64,000 nt of DNA from positions 23,436,001 through 23,500,000 of the forward strand of contig OX597836.1 in NCBI GenBank assembly GCA_951406725.2. The letters are read 5' to 3'. Below the pieces are notes generated by a model. It made no database searches. It saw only the letters and a program-made list of their open reading frames with translations, and was not told the origin of the DNA. This document shows, piece after piece, positions 30,462 to 41,390 of this stretch (position 1 is the first letter of the stretch; each line of letters opens with the position of its first letter). The stretch is from Octopus vulgaris. Lineage: Eukaryota. Position numbers and translations under genes: made by a program.

Positions 30462-31189
30462 ACAATTGCAGCGTGGAAGGTGTTTATAAGCCATTTAAGA
30501 AACACACAAAACTGTTAGATTCACTTCAACATTTACTCTTTTACTCTTTACTCTTTTACTTGTTTCAGTCATTTGACAGCGGCCATGCTGGAGCACCGCC
30601 TTTAGTCGAGCAAATCGACCCCGGGACTTATTCTTTGTAAGCCCAGTACTTATTCTATCGGTCTCTTTTGCCGAACCACTAAGTGACGGGGACGTAAACA
30701 CACCAGCATCGGTTGTCAAGCAATGCTAGGGGGACAAACACAGACACACAAACACATACACACACATATATATATATATACATATATACGACAGGCTTCT
30801 TTCAGTTTCCGTCTACCAAATCCACTCACAAGGCATTGGTTGGCCTGGGGCTATAGCAGAAGACACTTGCCCAAGATGCCACGCAGTGGGACTGAACCCG
30901 GAACCATGTGGTTGGTAAACAAGCTACTTACCACACAGCCACTCCTGCGCCTATTTAAATTTAATTTTCAAAATATTTTTGTCGCATTGAAACCTTGACC
31001 TGTTCACTGACAAAATTCTGTGCTGCATCTTCCAAGAAAATATTTTGACAAATTAAATTTAAATGTTGAAGTGAATCTAACAGTTTTGTGTGTTTCTTAA
31101 ATGGCTTATAAACATCTTCCACGTTGCAATTGTTTTCGTTCCAGCACACGATCTCAGATCAAGTCACTCGCTATGCAAGTACATCTCTG
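30462..31189. mobile_element. Foldback MITE (Tc1/mariner-like end CAGAGATGTAC) interrupted by SINE B
   Basis: Long inverted arms (30462-30533 plus 30954-30980 versus ~31038-31133); related sequence at ~25213-25540. Confidence 0.7.
30531..30953 (-). mobile_element. SINE family B nested in the foldback MITE
   Basis: Matches family B and splits the left MITE arm at attta. Confidence 0.85.
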
Positions 31190-31229
31190 TAATTTATTTA
31201 TACAGTTTTCTGTTTCTTTTTTTCTTTAG

Positions 31230-31345
31230 ATGAAGAAAAATACAAGTTAATTGGATATACTGTATTAAACCAAACCTGGAAAGCAACCTATTTCAACCAT
31301 TCTTCTGCAGATTACCAGCACCTTGTGCAGGAATTCACCATGAAA
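31230..31345 (+). CDS. Exon: SEA domain part 1
   Basis: tttctttag| acceptor; (D)EEKYKLIGYTVLNQTWKATYFNHSSADYQHLVQEFTMK, similar to the SEA N-terminal 'N..S.eY..L' pattern; |gtatgt donor. Confidence 0.85.
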
Positions 31346-31481
31346 GTATGTTAGACAATTTTTTCATGTGACTTTAAATTTAAAGCTTTGTGGCAGAAGT
31401 TATGAATGCGAAATATCTTAACATGTCTTGCAATGAAATGTTTGAACTAAATGCATTTGAAATATCAATGTTTGGTTTGAC

Positions 31482-31515
<34 letters not shown>

Positions 31516-31516
<1 letters not shown>

Positions 31517-31730
31517 GGCAGCAAGCTGGCAGAATCATTAGCATGCTGGATAAAATGCTTGGTGGTATTTTGCCCATTGCTACATTCTGAGTTCAAATTC
31601 CACTGCTGTCGACTTTGCCTTTCTTCCTTGCAGAGTTGATAAATTAATTTCCAGTTGAACACAGGGTTCAATGTAATTGACTAGTCCCCTCCCCAAAATT
31701 TCAGGCCTTGTGCTTATAGTAGAAAGGATT
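31516..31730 (+). mobile_element. SINE family A, CpG-decayed
   Basis: Consensus sequence with most CpG changed to TpG/CpA. Confidence 0.75.
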
Positions 31731-31736
31731 TTTCTT

Positions 31737-31797
<61 letters not shown>

Positions 31798-31798
<1 letters not shown>

Positions 31799-32326
31799 GT
31801 GAGAGAGCAGTGCATGCCATCAAAGTGACATTTCGGTAAAATATACGAAGCCCAGTATACCCATCATGACTACCTGTCTGATAAGGGTACACTAGGCACA
31901 TGCATGACATGGTGATCTTATGTCAAGATAAACAACCCATGACCTTGCGGGTGGGGCCCAGTTAGAATTTTCTTCTGGTCAAGTAACCCAAATAGGTCCC
32001 TGAATAAGGGTTGTTTAAGGATGTTGAACGAAACACCCATGTTTCCAAAGGTGAATTATCCAAACCCCAAAGAATCCCTTTCAACACATGGCTATGATGC
32101 TCCCCCACTACTTCTGCTTGTGATCAGAGATGCACATATCGCCAGACACTAAGGGACATGGTCAACTGGTTAAGGTCAAACAAGTGACAAGCAAATCTGT
32201 GGTATTGAGCAGAATATTTGCTGTAGCCCATCTTTTATACCAAGACAAACCAATGTACATAACACTTCCAATCAGTTAAGATCAGAAGCCACGAGAGCCA
32301 ATGCCTGGTACTGCATCAGAGCATTT
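31798..32326. repeat. Unclassified ~530-bp interspersed repeat
   Basis: Second copy at 59575-60105; flanked by (ATT)n tracts. Confidence 0.75.
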
Positions 32327-32348
32327 ATTATTATTATTATTATTATTT

Positions 32349-32565
32349 AAGGCAGTGAGCTGGCAGAATCATTAGCATGCTGGATAAAATGCTTAGTGGT
32401 AATTCACCTGTTACCCCTATCTGAGTTCAAATTCTGCCGAGGTTGACTTTACCTTTCATCCTTTTGGGGTCAATAAAATAAGTACCAGTGAAACACTGGG
32501 GTCGATGTAATTGTCTAGTTCCCTCCTTTGAATTTTAGGCCTTGTGCCCCTTCAGTAGAAAGGAC
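32349..32565 (+). mobile_element. SINE family A, CpG-decayed
   Basis: Similar to consensus. Confidence 0.78.
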
Positions 32566-32570
32566 TATTA

Positions 32571-32601
<31 letters not shown>

Positions 32602-32659
32602 CATCATCATATCATCAGTTGAAGCTGTAATGATTATTCATTTGTTTTATTTTATTCAG

Positions 32660-32727
32660 ATGGAACGGCAATTCAAGAATAGTTCCTTTGCAGCTGACTA
32701 TAAACAAATTGAAATTCTAAGTGTTAG
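32660..32727 (+). CDS. Exon: SEA domain part 2
   Basis: tttattcag|ATG acceptor; MERQFKNSSFAADYKQIEILSV(R); AG|gtttgt donor, phase 2. Confidence 0.85.
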
Positions 32728-32950
32728 GTTTGTATTACAAAACAATTTGATCCTCCTCCTCCTCTGTTACTGAACCATTTTTTGAGCATTCATTGTAGTT
32801 GTCCATCATTCATTATAAATACATACATTCTTATCAATCACCATGGATAATTTTATGATTATCAGTTACCATGGATAACTTCATGTTTATCAATCTGTAT
32901 TTATGCAAATATCTACATAATTCTCAACAACAATTCTGTTCTCATTGCAG

Positions 32951-33066
32951 GCCAGGAAGTGTGATTATCTTGTATAAAATAATCCTGATCACTATAACGG
33001 AACATTTAAATAATCTGATTGCCTTAATCAAAGAGATCTTTCCTGACAGTGACATTTCTAATGATG
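32951..33066 (+). CDS. Exon: SEA domain part 3 with GSVII motif
   Basis: ctcattgcag| acceptor; (R)PGSVIILYKIILITITEHLNNLIALIKEIFPDSDISND; G|gtaagc donor. Confidence 0.85.
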
Positions 33067-33736
33067 GTAAGCTTTGAATTTCAACTTATTTATTTGAATT
33101 TTCTGTGATAGTTGTGTTGTTGTTGTTGGTGGTGGTGGTAGGATTTGTAGGGAGGGAAGTGATTGCAGTTTTATATTGGACAGATCTATGGCCTGAATGT
33201 GATTTTCAAACATTTTAGAGCAGTAACCAAATATGCTGTACTTCATTTCAGTACTTTGTCATGTATTGTGCAGTCTGCAAGTCAGAATGTATCCAATCAA
33301 CTGTTCAGTTTGTTAAAGCCTGTTCATTGTTTCTCCTGACCATTGTTGTGACAGTAGACATGGCATAAGATGTGGAGACCCTTTCATATTTATGATGTGG
33401 GACAACTCAACACAGAGTCTGAGCTTTGAAAAGAAATATTTTTCTTGATTTAGTGTATTTGTATGTTTGTTTTTCTCTGAGAAGATTCTATGAATTTAGT
33501 ATGATATTGTATAGTATTTAGGCTGTTCACAACAGGTTAGACGTGTTGTATGTTAGAACAGGTTAATTGTGGCTGCTAAATTTTGAAAAAAAAAAAATGT
33601 GTAGAAAGTTCAGTAGATGTGTTGTGTGTGCCATCTGCTAAACTGTAAAGACCGTTGCTTTGATTGTCCATACAATAATGCTTTTAGGTGGTGGTGGGCA
33701 AAGTTATTACTTGCTAATTCAACTCGTCTTGCTTAA

Positions 33737-33956
33737 CTTTTTAGCATTTAATCCAGCCATATTGGGCCCAAATATTCTACCTGTGTTATGTTAAAACTGA
33801 CCAGGTCCAGCCTCACACACTCACCCTACAATGGCATTCTCAAAATATACAAACACACCATTAAAATCTCAAAGTTGCAGGATGATGTATGTCAAATGCA
33901 GTGCTTATTTATTCACATTGTTCTGAATTAATCAAAGAAATCTGAATGTTAAAGGG
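33737..33956. mobile_element. Second TTAA-flanked piggyBac-like MITE (diverged)
   Basis: TTAA|CTTTTTAGCATTTA...TGAATGTTAAAGGG|TTAA, with imperfect TIRs. Confidence 0.55.
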
Positions 33957-34307
33957 TTAAATAAACTCACAAGATGGCAGTAGCCAATCTAGGATGATAA
34001 GTTCAGTCTTCTAAGCACGACCCTTTTATTTATATTACTGTGCTGTAAAATGTTGTCAGAATTCATATCAAACTACTAAAACTATGGAAAATGTATTAGA
34101 AATAAAGATTTGGATGCAGTCAAAGGAAATGTGTAAACACAACAATCAAGATAAAAGGGAATCGTTTAGTGATTGATGAGGGGAAAAGGTAAAAGGAAAT
34201 GTCAGCTGAAATCAGTGGAAGTGAATATGTAAAATAATTCTTTTTCAACTGTTTGTTGGTTGTCTTTGTGGAGGATTTTTCTCTGAATCTGCTATTTCAT
34301 CTTACAG

Positions 34308-34646
34308 GTCAGTTTACCACACACAGTACAAACTATCCAACAACACCAGCAGTGCCAACAACAACAGAAATGCCAACAACAGAAGTGCCAACAACAACAA
34401 CAACAACAGCAACAACAACGATAACAACAGAAGTGCCAACAACAACAACAACAACAACAACAACAAAAGTGCTAACAACAACATCAACAATAACAGAAGT
34501 GCCAACAACAACAAAAACAACAACAACATCGACAACAACATCAACAACAACAACAGAAGGGCCAACAACAACAACACCAAGTGTGCCAACAACAACAACA
34601 ACAACAACAGGAATGCCAACAACAACATCAAAATTAACAACTACAG
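34308..34646 (+). CDS. Exon: Thr-rich mucin-like stalk
   Basis: cttacag| acceptor; (G)QFTTHSTNYPTTPAVPTTTEMPTTEVPTTT...; 339 nt, phase 1-1; donor G|gtataa (an alternative in-frame donor lies at 34655). Confidence 0.85.
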
Positions 34647-35192
34647 GTATAAAAGGTAGAAAATGTTTTGCTTCATTTTCATAAATCTCACCTTCCTCTC
34701 ATCTCTTTGTTTTTCTTTTATCCATATGTCATCTGTTTCTTAACTTTCTAACCAATTCCAAACATTAGATTTCTACACAAACTTCAACCCATTATCCCAA
34801 GAATTCCTTATTGTTCAAAAATCTCCATACATTATTTAAACTTTCCAATTAATTCTATTACTCTACCCCAATCATGTTCAGTTTTAGTTATGGCTTCGGC
34901 TTCTGTCTATATTATTCCATTTTCACTTTATACAAACAAAAACTCAACACACATCAAACCTGCCCTGACACCATGGACAAAACATCCACCCCCATACTGC
35001 TCTTTCATATTTAAAACCCTCAAAGTTGCTACAAATGCTGGGCTTTGTGCTAATCTTTAATGATCTTCCCCTAGTGATCACACACACTTAACTTGGACTG
35101 CATTGCAGTCTTTACAAAAAAACCCCCACTTTATCACATATTATATATCAAGTAAAAATACTACAACACCACAAAAAATTATTAAAATAAAT

Positions 35193-35614
35193 AGGTGCAG
35201 GAGTGGCTGTGTGGTAAGTAGCTTGCTTACCAACCACATGGTTCTGGGTTCAGTCCCACTACGTGGCACCTTGGGCAAGTGTCTTCTACTATAGCCTCAG
35301 GCCGACCAAAGCCTTGTGAGTGGATTTGGTAGACGGAAACTGAACGAAGCCCGTTGTATATATATGTATATCTATATATATATATGTGTATATATATATG
35401 TCTATTTGTGTGTCTGTGTTTGTCCCCCCCAACATAGTTTGACAACTGATACTGGTGTGTTTATGTCCCTGTCACTTAGTGGTTTGGCAAAAGAGACCGA
35501 TAGAATAAGTACTAGGCTTACAAAGAATAAGTCCTGGGGTCGATTTGATTCGACTAAAGGCGGTGCTCCAGCATGGCTGCAGTCAAATAACTGAAACAAG
35601 TAAAAGAGTAAAGA
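35193..35614 (+). mobile_element. SINE family B
   Basis: Head GGTGCAGGAGTGGCTGTGTGGTAAG, B box GGTTCAGTCCC, tail GTAAAAGAGTAAAGAG. Confidence 0.85.
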
Positions 35615-35753
35615 GCAAATAAAAACATCACATGAATTGGTAAAGTCTTAGTGACAACTGAAACTTGGTGAGAATTTTCTCTGATTTCCTCATGGATCAG
35701 AATTCTGCTGTGACTAATTTTGTTTTCTGTCTCTCTATTGTTCAAGAAAGATA

Positions 35754-36425
35754 CAGGGTGGCCATAAAGTCCCGCACCATCCTGCAATATGTGAAATTGC
35801 TAACATTCTCTTTTTTTTTATCTCTTTTCACAACTTCCGATATTACTCACAAACCAATCCTCAGTGCATGGAGGCAGATAATCAACAATGTGGGGGCAAG
35901 GTAATGGTGTGGTGTGGGATTTTCCACAATCAAGTAATTTTATTTTGAGGGCTCTGTGACAGGTGATTCGTATCTGGACATGCTTGGCAACAATATGACG
36001 CCTCATGTGCATTCACTTGGAAGGGGAAATCCCATCTGGTTTCAGTAGGATGGGACTCTGCCCCTTTATGCATTACAGGTTCATGATTTTCTGAATGAAC
36101 ATTTTCTAGGGAGATGGCTTGAGCATTGCAAGCCAGTTGAATGGGCATCACAGACACCATATTTAACTCCCATAGACTTTTTCTTCTGGGGCTACATTAA
36201 CTCCCTTGTGTATTCTGAAAAGATAGTGACCAAAGACTTCTTCAAAGAATTGTTGAAGCATGTGAACAAGTCAATGGCAATGAACAGCTATTTGAGAGGG
36301 TTCATCACAATTTCAAATTCCATATGAACACTTGTTTAGAGCTACATTGCCAACACTATGAACATTTCATTGCTAATAAAGTATACTTGATATCTCCCAT
36401 GGTGCGTGACTTTGTGGCCACCCTG
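35754..36425 (+). mobile_element. Internally deleted Tc1/mariner-superfamily transposon
   Basis: 27-bp TIR CAGGGTGGCCAYAAAGTCMCGCACCAT and TA TSD. Transposase remnant WASQTPYLTPIDFFFWGYINSLVY resembles WPPRSPDLTPLDFFLWGYLKSKVY. Confidence 0.88.
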
Positions 36426-36904
36426 TACTTTAAGAATATATTACATGAATTTCAGTTAACTATATTCTTAACTCTCTACAAAAATTGTCTGTTCAAAAAT
36501 AAATGGTTTTATTATGTTTAATAATGGTTAGCATAATGTCACTGTAAGTACCTAAGAGTCTAAATTTATGACTTCTTATTCACAAATTTTACTGTTTTGT
36601 GTAGCAAACATTCTGGTCCCTAATTCCTAAAATATGTATTTCCTTCTCTATCACTCAACTTTATCTTTTCTAAGGAACCCAAATATTAAAAATATATCTT
36701 TACCCTAGAAAGAATGTATCATCCTTTCCCAATACATGTCCAAAACTTGATGGTTTCCAACATATATCTGTCCATATTCTTAATGGTTTTTACATTTCAT
36801 CAATGTTTCTGCTAAGTTAATATTTCTCATTCAATACATCATACGAAACTGAATTGTTTAAATCTGCCAACTGTATTTTCTAAACTCTTTTATATCTTTG
36901 ACAG

Positions 36905-37138
36905 ACAACTGTTTCCCACTGAAGTTCCAGAAATGTCTTGATGTTGGCTATTCTCGAACCATGTCCCCAAATATCAAAGGTGAAACTGCTGAAGAAGCCA
37001 TAATATCATTTAATACTTCTGCACTTCCCATCATAAACAGTGGTTGTTCTCCCCTCAGTTTACACTATATGTGTGGTTTGTTGTTCCCAAAATGTGAAAA
37101 TGGTCAAGCAAAATATTCTTGCAAGTCCACTTGTCTCG
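36905..37138 (+). CDS. Exon A1: Frizzled CRD 1, N-terminal part (Cys1-7)
   Basis: DNCFPLKFQKCLDVGYSRTMSPN...GCSPLSLHYMCGLLFPKCENGQAKYSCKSTCL, matching the FZ pattern C..gYn.T.fPN...C.p.l..flC....P.C....pCrs.C; acag| acceptor, G|gtaagt donor. Confidence 0.92.
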
Positions 37139-38772
37139 GTAAGTGAGAAATATCTTGTTGAAATTGTTTCACTAATTATTTCACTTGTTTATTATTTTGA
37201 TTATGATGATTGTAAAGAATTTCCTGGGGTAAGGTTCAGAACATAAATGTGTTCTGTTGTTTCTGGGAGATAAAATATAGGAAGGAAATGCTGGAGGAAT
37301 TTACCTGATGAGTCAAAGAGAAGGTCGGTGAAATTTGAAATTTAGGATAAAGTAATTAGGTGTGATGTAGTGCCATGAACAGGGATTTCCAAAACATGTA
37401 GCTATTGGAATAGCTTACTAGATCGCTTGTGTCATGGGCACTAAAATGTAAGGGAGTTTCTGGAAGAAACCAGGAGATAATGCTTATCGTGATCAGCAAT
37501 AAAACAGATGGCAACAAAATTTGAACACACTCTATAACAATATCAGCTTTCTATCAGCACAAGGCCTGAAATTTGAAGGGAGGGGGACAGTCGATTATAT
37601 TGACCCCAGTGTTTCACTGGTACTTAATTTATCGACCCCACAAGGATGTAAGGCAAAGTTGCCATGAGTGGAATTTGAGCTCAGATTCTTGGATTCTCAT
37701 CAGAGGTGTCCACATCAAATAGTTCAGATAATGAATTCAAATCTTGCTATTGACGAAATGAGTAGCAGACATAATTCATCAACCAGTTTAACCCTATTTC
37801 GTGACAACTTTGGTGTCTTTAGTGGAACCCACTCCATTGTGAGCATTTTGAAGGGCTTTGTAGAATGTCATGGGAAGTGTGCTTGCTTTGAGACTAAAAG
37901 ATCTAATGGCATACTTATGGAAGGTTGACTAGACTGCTGATGTGGCTGAGTGTACCTAGTTACTATGAAAAGGCAAAGTAAAGAATAAAGCAGCAAAGTT
38001 GAAAAGCTGAAAATTTGAGGGGGTCAGGTAGGTAGGGAGGGAGAGGAAGATAAAAAGTGAGAGACGGCGGAGAGGATTTTCTCTTGTAGTGTCAGTTTTG
38101 TTCGGCCAAAGTCGTTTCATCCTGAACAGAAATGATTCGTAATCAACTTTGTAGAATAATAATTAAGAATACATTTCATCCATGATCGATGTAGGGAAAC
38201 ATATTCACTTGGTTTATTGATCAAGAAGGATGTCATTTCTGGACAGATTTATATCTGTTATGACTGTGTTTCTCTAACATGGAGACTATTATATAATTCT
38301 CACAGTAATTTCATTGCAACAATGTGGTTTGGATTTATTAATTTCCTTTCAATTTACAGTATTATTATGTCTGAAATTCTACTCAGATTATCTTTCTCTA
38401 TATAAAGATTCATCTTTAATTCATTCTCAAGTGACATTCTATCTTGCATCACCTCATATTAAATCACCAATTTTTCATTCATTGTTTTACCAATTATTTG
38501 GCAGATCATATCTTTTATTATATTTACATCAAATACTTTATTCTATTCTACTTTGGTTGATTTGTTTTGCTTTTTGTTTGAATTACCCAGTCAAATTCTA
38601 ACTTGGGTGACGTCTCCTTTTTTATAGCATTTACTCTGTCAATTTTTTATCACAACATAAATTTTTTTTACTGTTTGCTCAATTAAAGATTACACAATGT
38701 TGCCTGAACCACCATGTTTTAAATTCACAAATCTATTACCTCTCTCTCTCTCTCTCTCTTTTCTTATACCAG

Positions 38773-38877
38773 CCGTAGAAAAGAACTGTGGTAAAAATGC
38801 AACTCTCCTGCCATGTGATTATTTGGTTGATGACAAGACGTATTGTTTCCTACCTGAACCACACACCACAGCATCAA
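38773..38877 (+). CDS. Exon B1: Frizzled CRD 1, C-terminal part (Cys8-10)
   Basis: AVEKNCGKNATLLPCDYLVDDKTYCFLPEPHTTAS; ccag| acceptor, A|gtatgt donor; 105 nt. Confidence 0.9.
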
Positions 38878-39661
38878 GTATGTCTTCCTTCTCCAACTAC
38901 TCAGCCCCTAATTTAAATTATTTCATGTGATGAAACCCTACCATCATTGTTGCAGTATGTCCCAAAGACTTGTTATTTTTTACAATTTCACCTCACAGGT
39001 GGCCACTTTGATGTTTTGGCAGAAAGATGGTATTACTAATTGGATCACCTCATTATATCACTGTTAATTATTTTATTGACTATAGGGCAGTAAAAGAAAT
39101 TAGGGTTGGCATTGGGGATATCTATCATAAAACACGTCTACTCTGACCAGTATTCTTATAATTGCAGGGATCATTAGATGAAACTAATTGTTGTTTAACC
39201 CTGGGCCATCTATCATCAACATATAACCAAAGTTTTTTTTTTCCATAGTTTATCTAGGATTACATTTTGTAATGACTCTTTAGAATACAAAATATAGTTT
39301 AAGGGAGATTTGTATAGATTTGTATGTTATCTCAGTCACTGAAGATAAATTGAGAATAGTCTGATGATTTAATAAATCTACTTGTTCAAAACAGCCTTTA
39401 TAAAAAAGTACATTCTATCAAAATTGTTTGATATTTTTCATTGTTTTTTGTTTTAAATATATTTTCAAACTAGTTTAATCAATTAGTTTAATTAATTTGT
39501 GTCAAAGAATGAAATTACTAGTATCTCCTCTAACCACACACTATTGTGTTAGCTTTAGATGTGACAAGAGAGGATATTAACACTTAATGGCCTTATGGTG
39601 ATATTGTTGTTAAATAAAATAGTGATATTTTTTTTATGCTTTAATTCTTTCCCTTTTTCAG

Positions 39662-39736
39662 GCAGCACCACATCCTCCAGCATTCACCATCAATCAACAG
39701 CAACAGATGTTACACGGACAACAACACAAATAAATG
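39662..39736 (+). CDS. Exon C1: S/T-rich linker
   Basis: ccctttttcag| acceptor; SSTTSSSIHHQSTATDVTRTTTQIN; G|gtaaac donor; 75 nt. Confidence 0.8.
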
Positions 39737-40188
39737 GTAAACTGCTTATATTTTCTTATATTCGTCCTCTATCTCTTCATGCATCTCCTGACTTAGTTTA
39801 ACACAGCTCACTCATGGTTTCTCATAATTTGAATAATCTTTTTAGTTTACTCTTTTAACATATACACCAATTGTTTTAAGAGAAATTATTGCTACCCAAG
39901 CTGTTAGGATTTTGAATTACTGCAAACCAAGTTGTTTAGGAACAGTTTTTTCTGACTTGTCATACATACTTTGCTGTTTCCCTGGAAAATATTTCTATTA
40001 CTCACTTGATCTACATGAAAATAGCGATTATGGAAAAGAACACTCCAGCACTATATGGCTGGGGTCTTATATAATTGTGAAGTGTTTCATTTAGCTAAGA
40101 GTAGTGGGCTGAAATCCATACATTGACGACTTGGTGAGAGACTGACCTTTGTCCAGGAGAAGTTAGGAATCTCTAAAGTTCTAAATAC

Positions 40189-40421
40189 CTATTTCTTTAT
40201 TACCCACAAGGGGCTAAACATAGAGGGGACAAACAAGAACAGACATAGGTATTATGTCGATTACATCGACCCCAGTGCGTAACTGGTACTTAATTTATCG
40301 ACCCCGAAAGGATGAAAGGCAAAGTCAACCTCGGCGGAATTTGAACTCACAACGTAACAGCAGACGAAGTACCGCAAAGCATTTTGCCCGGCATGCTAAC
40401 ACTTCTGCTAGCTCGCCGCCT
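40189..40421 (-). mobile_element. SINE family A with TSD
   Basis: Direct repeat ctaaagttctaaatacc on both sides. Confidence 0.88.
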
Positions 40422-41156
40422 AAAGTTCTAAATACCATCAGCATATAAATATATTCAAGGAATCCTCTTGACTGTCTGTCAAACATCAAAAAGAAGAACA
40501 AATAATACATCTTCCTATCTGCTGTTCCACAATATGGACATATTGTACTTTTTAATTCGAACTTTCTCTAACATGCTGCTTATAAAATATTTGAATTAAC
40601 AACAATTGAAATTTGGTGAAAAATTTCACCTATTTCCTCATGAATCAGAATTCTGCTGTGATTGGTTCAAGAAATATATTTTAAAAATATATTACAAGAA
40701 TTTCAGTTAACTGTATTCTTAACTCTCTACAAAAATTGTCTGTTCAAAAATAAATGGTTTTATTATGTTCAATAATGGTTGGCATAATGTCCCTGTAAGT
40801 ATCTAAGAGTCTAAATTTATGACTTCTTATTCACAAATTTTACTGTTTTGTGTAGCAAACATTCTGGTCCCTAATTCCTAAAATATGTATTTCCTTCTCT
40901 ATCACTCAACTTTATCTTTTCTAAGGAACCCAAATATTAAAAAATATATCTTTACCCTCGAAAGAATGTATCATCCTTTCCCAATACATGTCCAAAACTT
41001 GATGGTTTCCAACATATATCTGTCCATATTCTTAATGGTTTTTACATTTTATCAATGTTTCTGCTAAGTTAATATTTCTCATTCAATACATCATATGAAA
41101 TTGAATTGTTTAAATCTGCCAACTGCATTTTCTAAACTCTTTGATATCTTTGACAG

Positions 41157-41390
41157 ACAACTGTTTCCCACTGAAGTTCCAGAAATGTCTTGATGCTGGC
41201 TATTCTCGAACCATGTTCCCAAATATCAAAGGTGAAACTGCTGAAGGAGCCATAATATCATTTAATACTTTTGCACTTCCCATCATAAACAGTGGTTGTT
41301 CTCCCCTCAGTTTACACTATATGTGTGGTTTGTTGTTCCCAAAATGTGAAAATGGTCAAGCAAAATTCTCTTGCAAGTCCACTTGTCTTG
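41157..41390 (+). CDS. Exon A2: Frizzled CRD 2, N-terminal part
   Basis: Near-identical to A1 and A3; 234 nt; acag| acceptor, G|gtaagt donor. Confidence 0.9.

Noticed and set aside
34314-34640. Poly-Leu ORF on the minus strand
   Set aside because: Antisense reading of the (ACA)n mucin exon.
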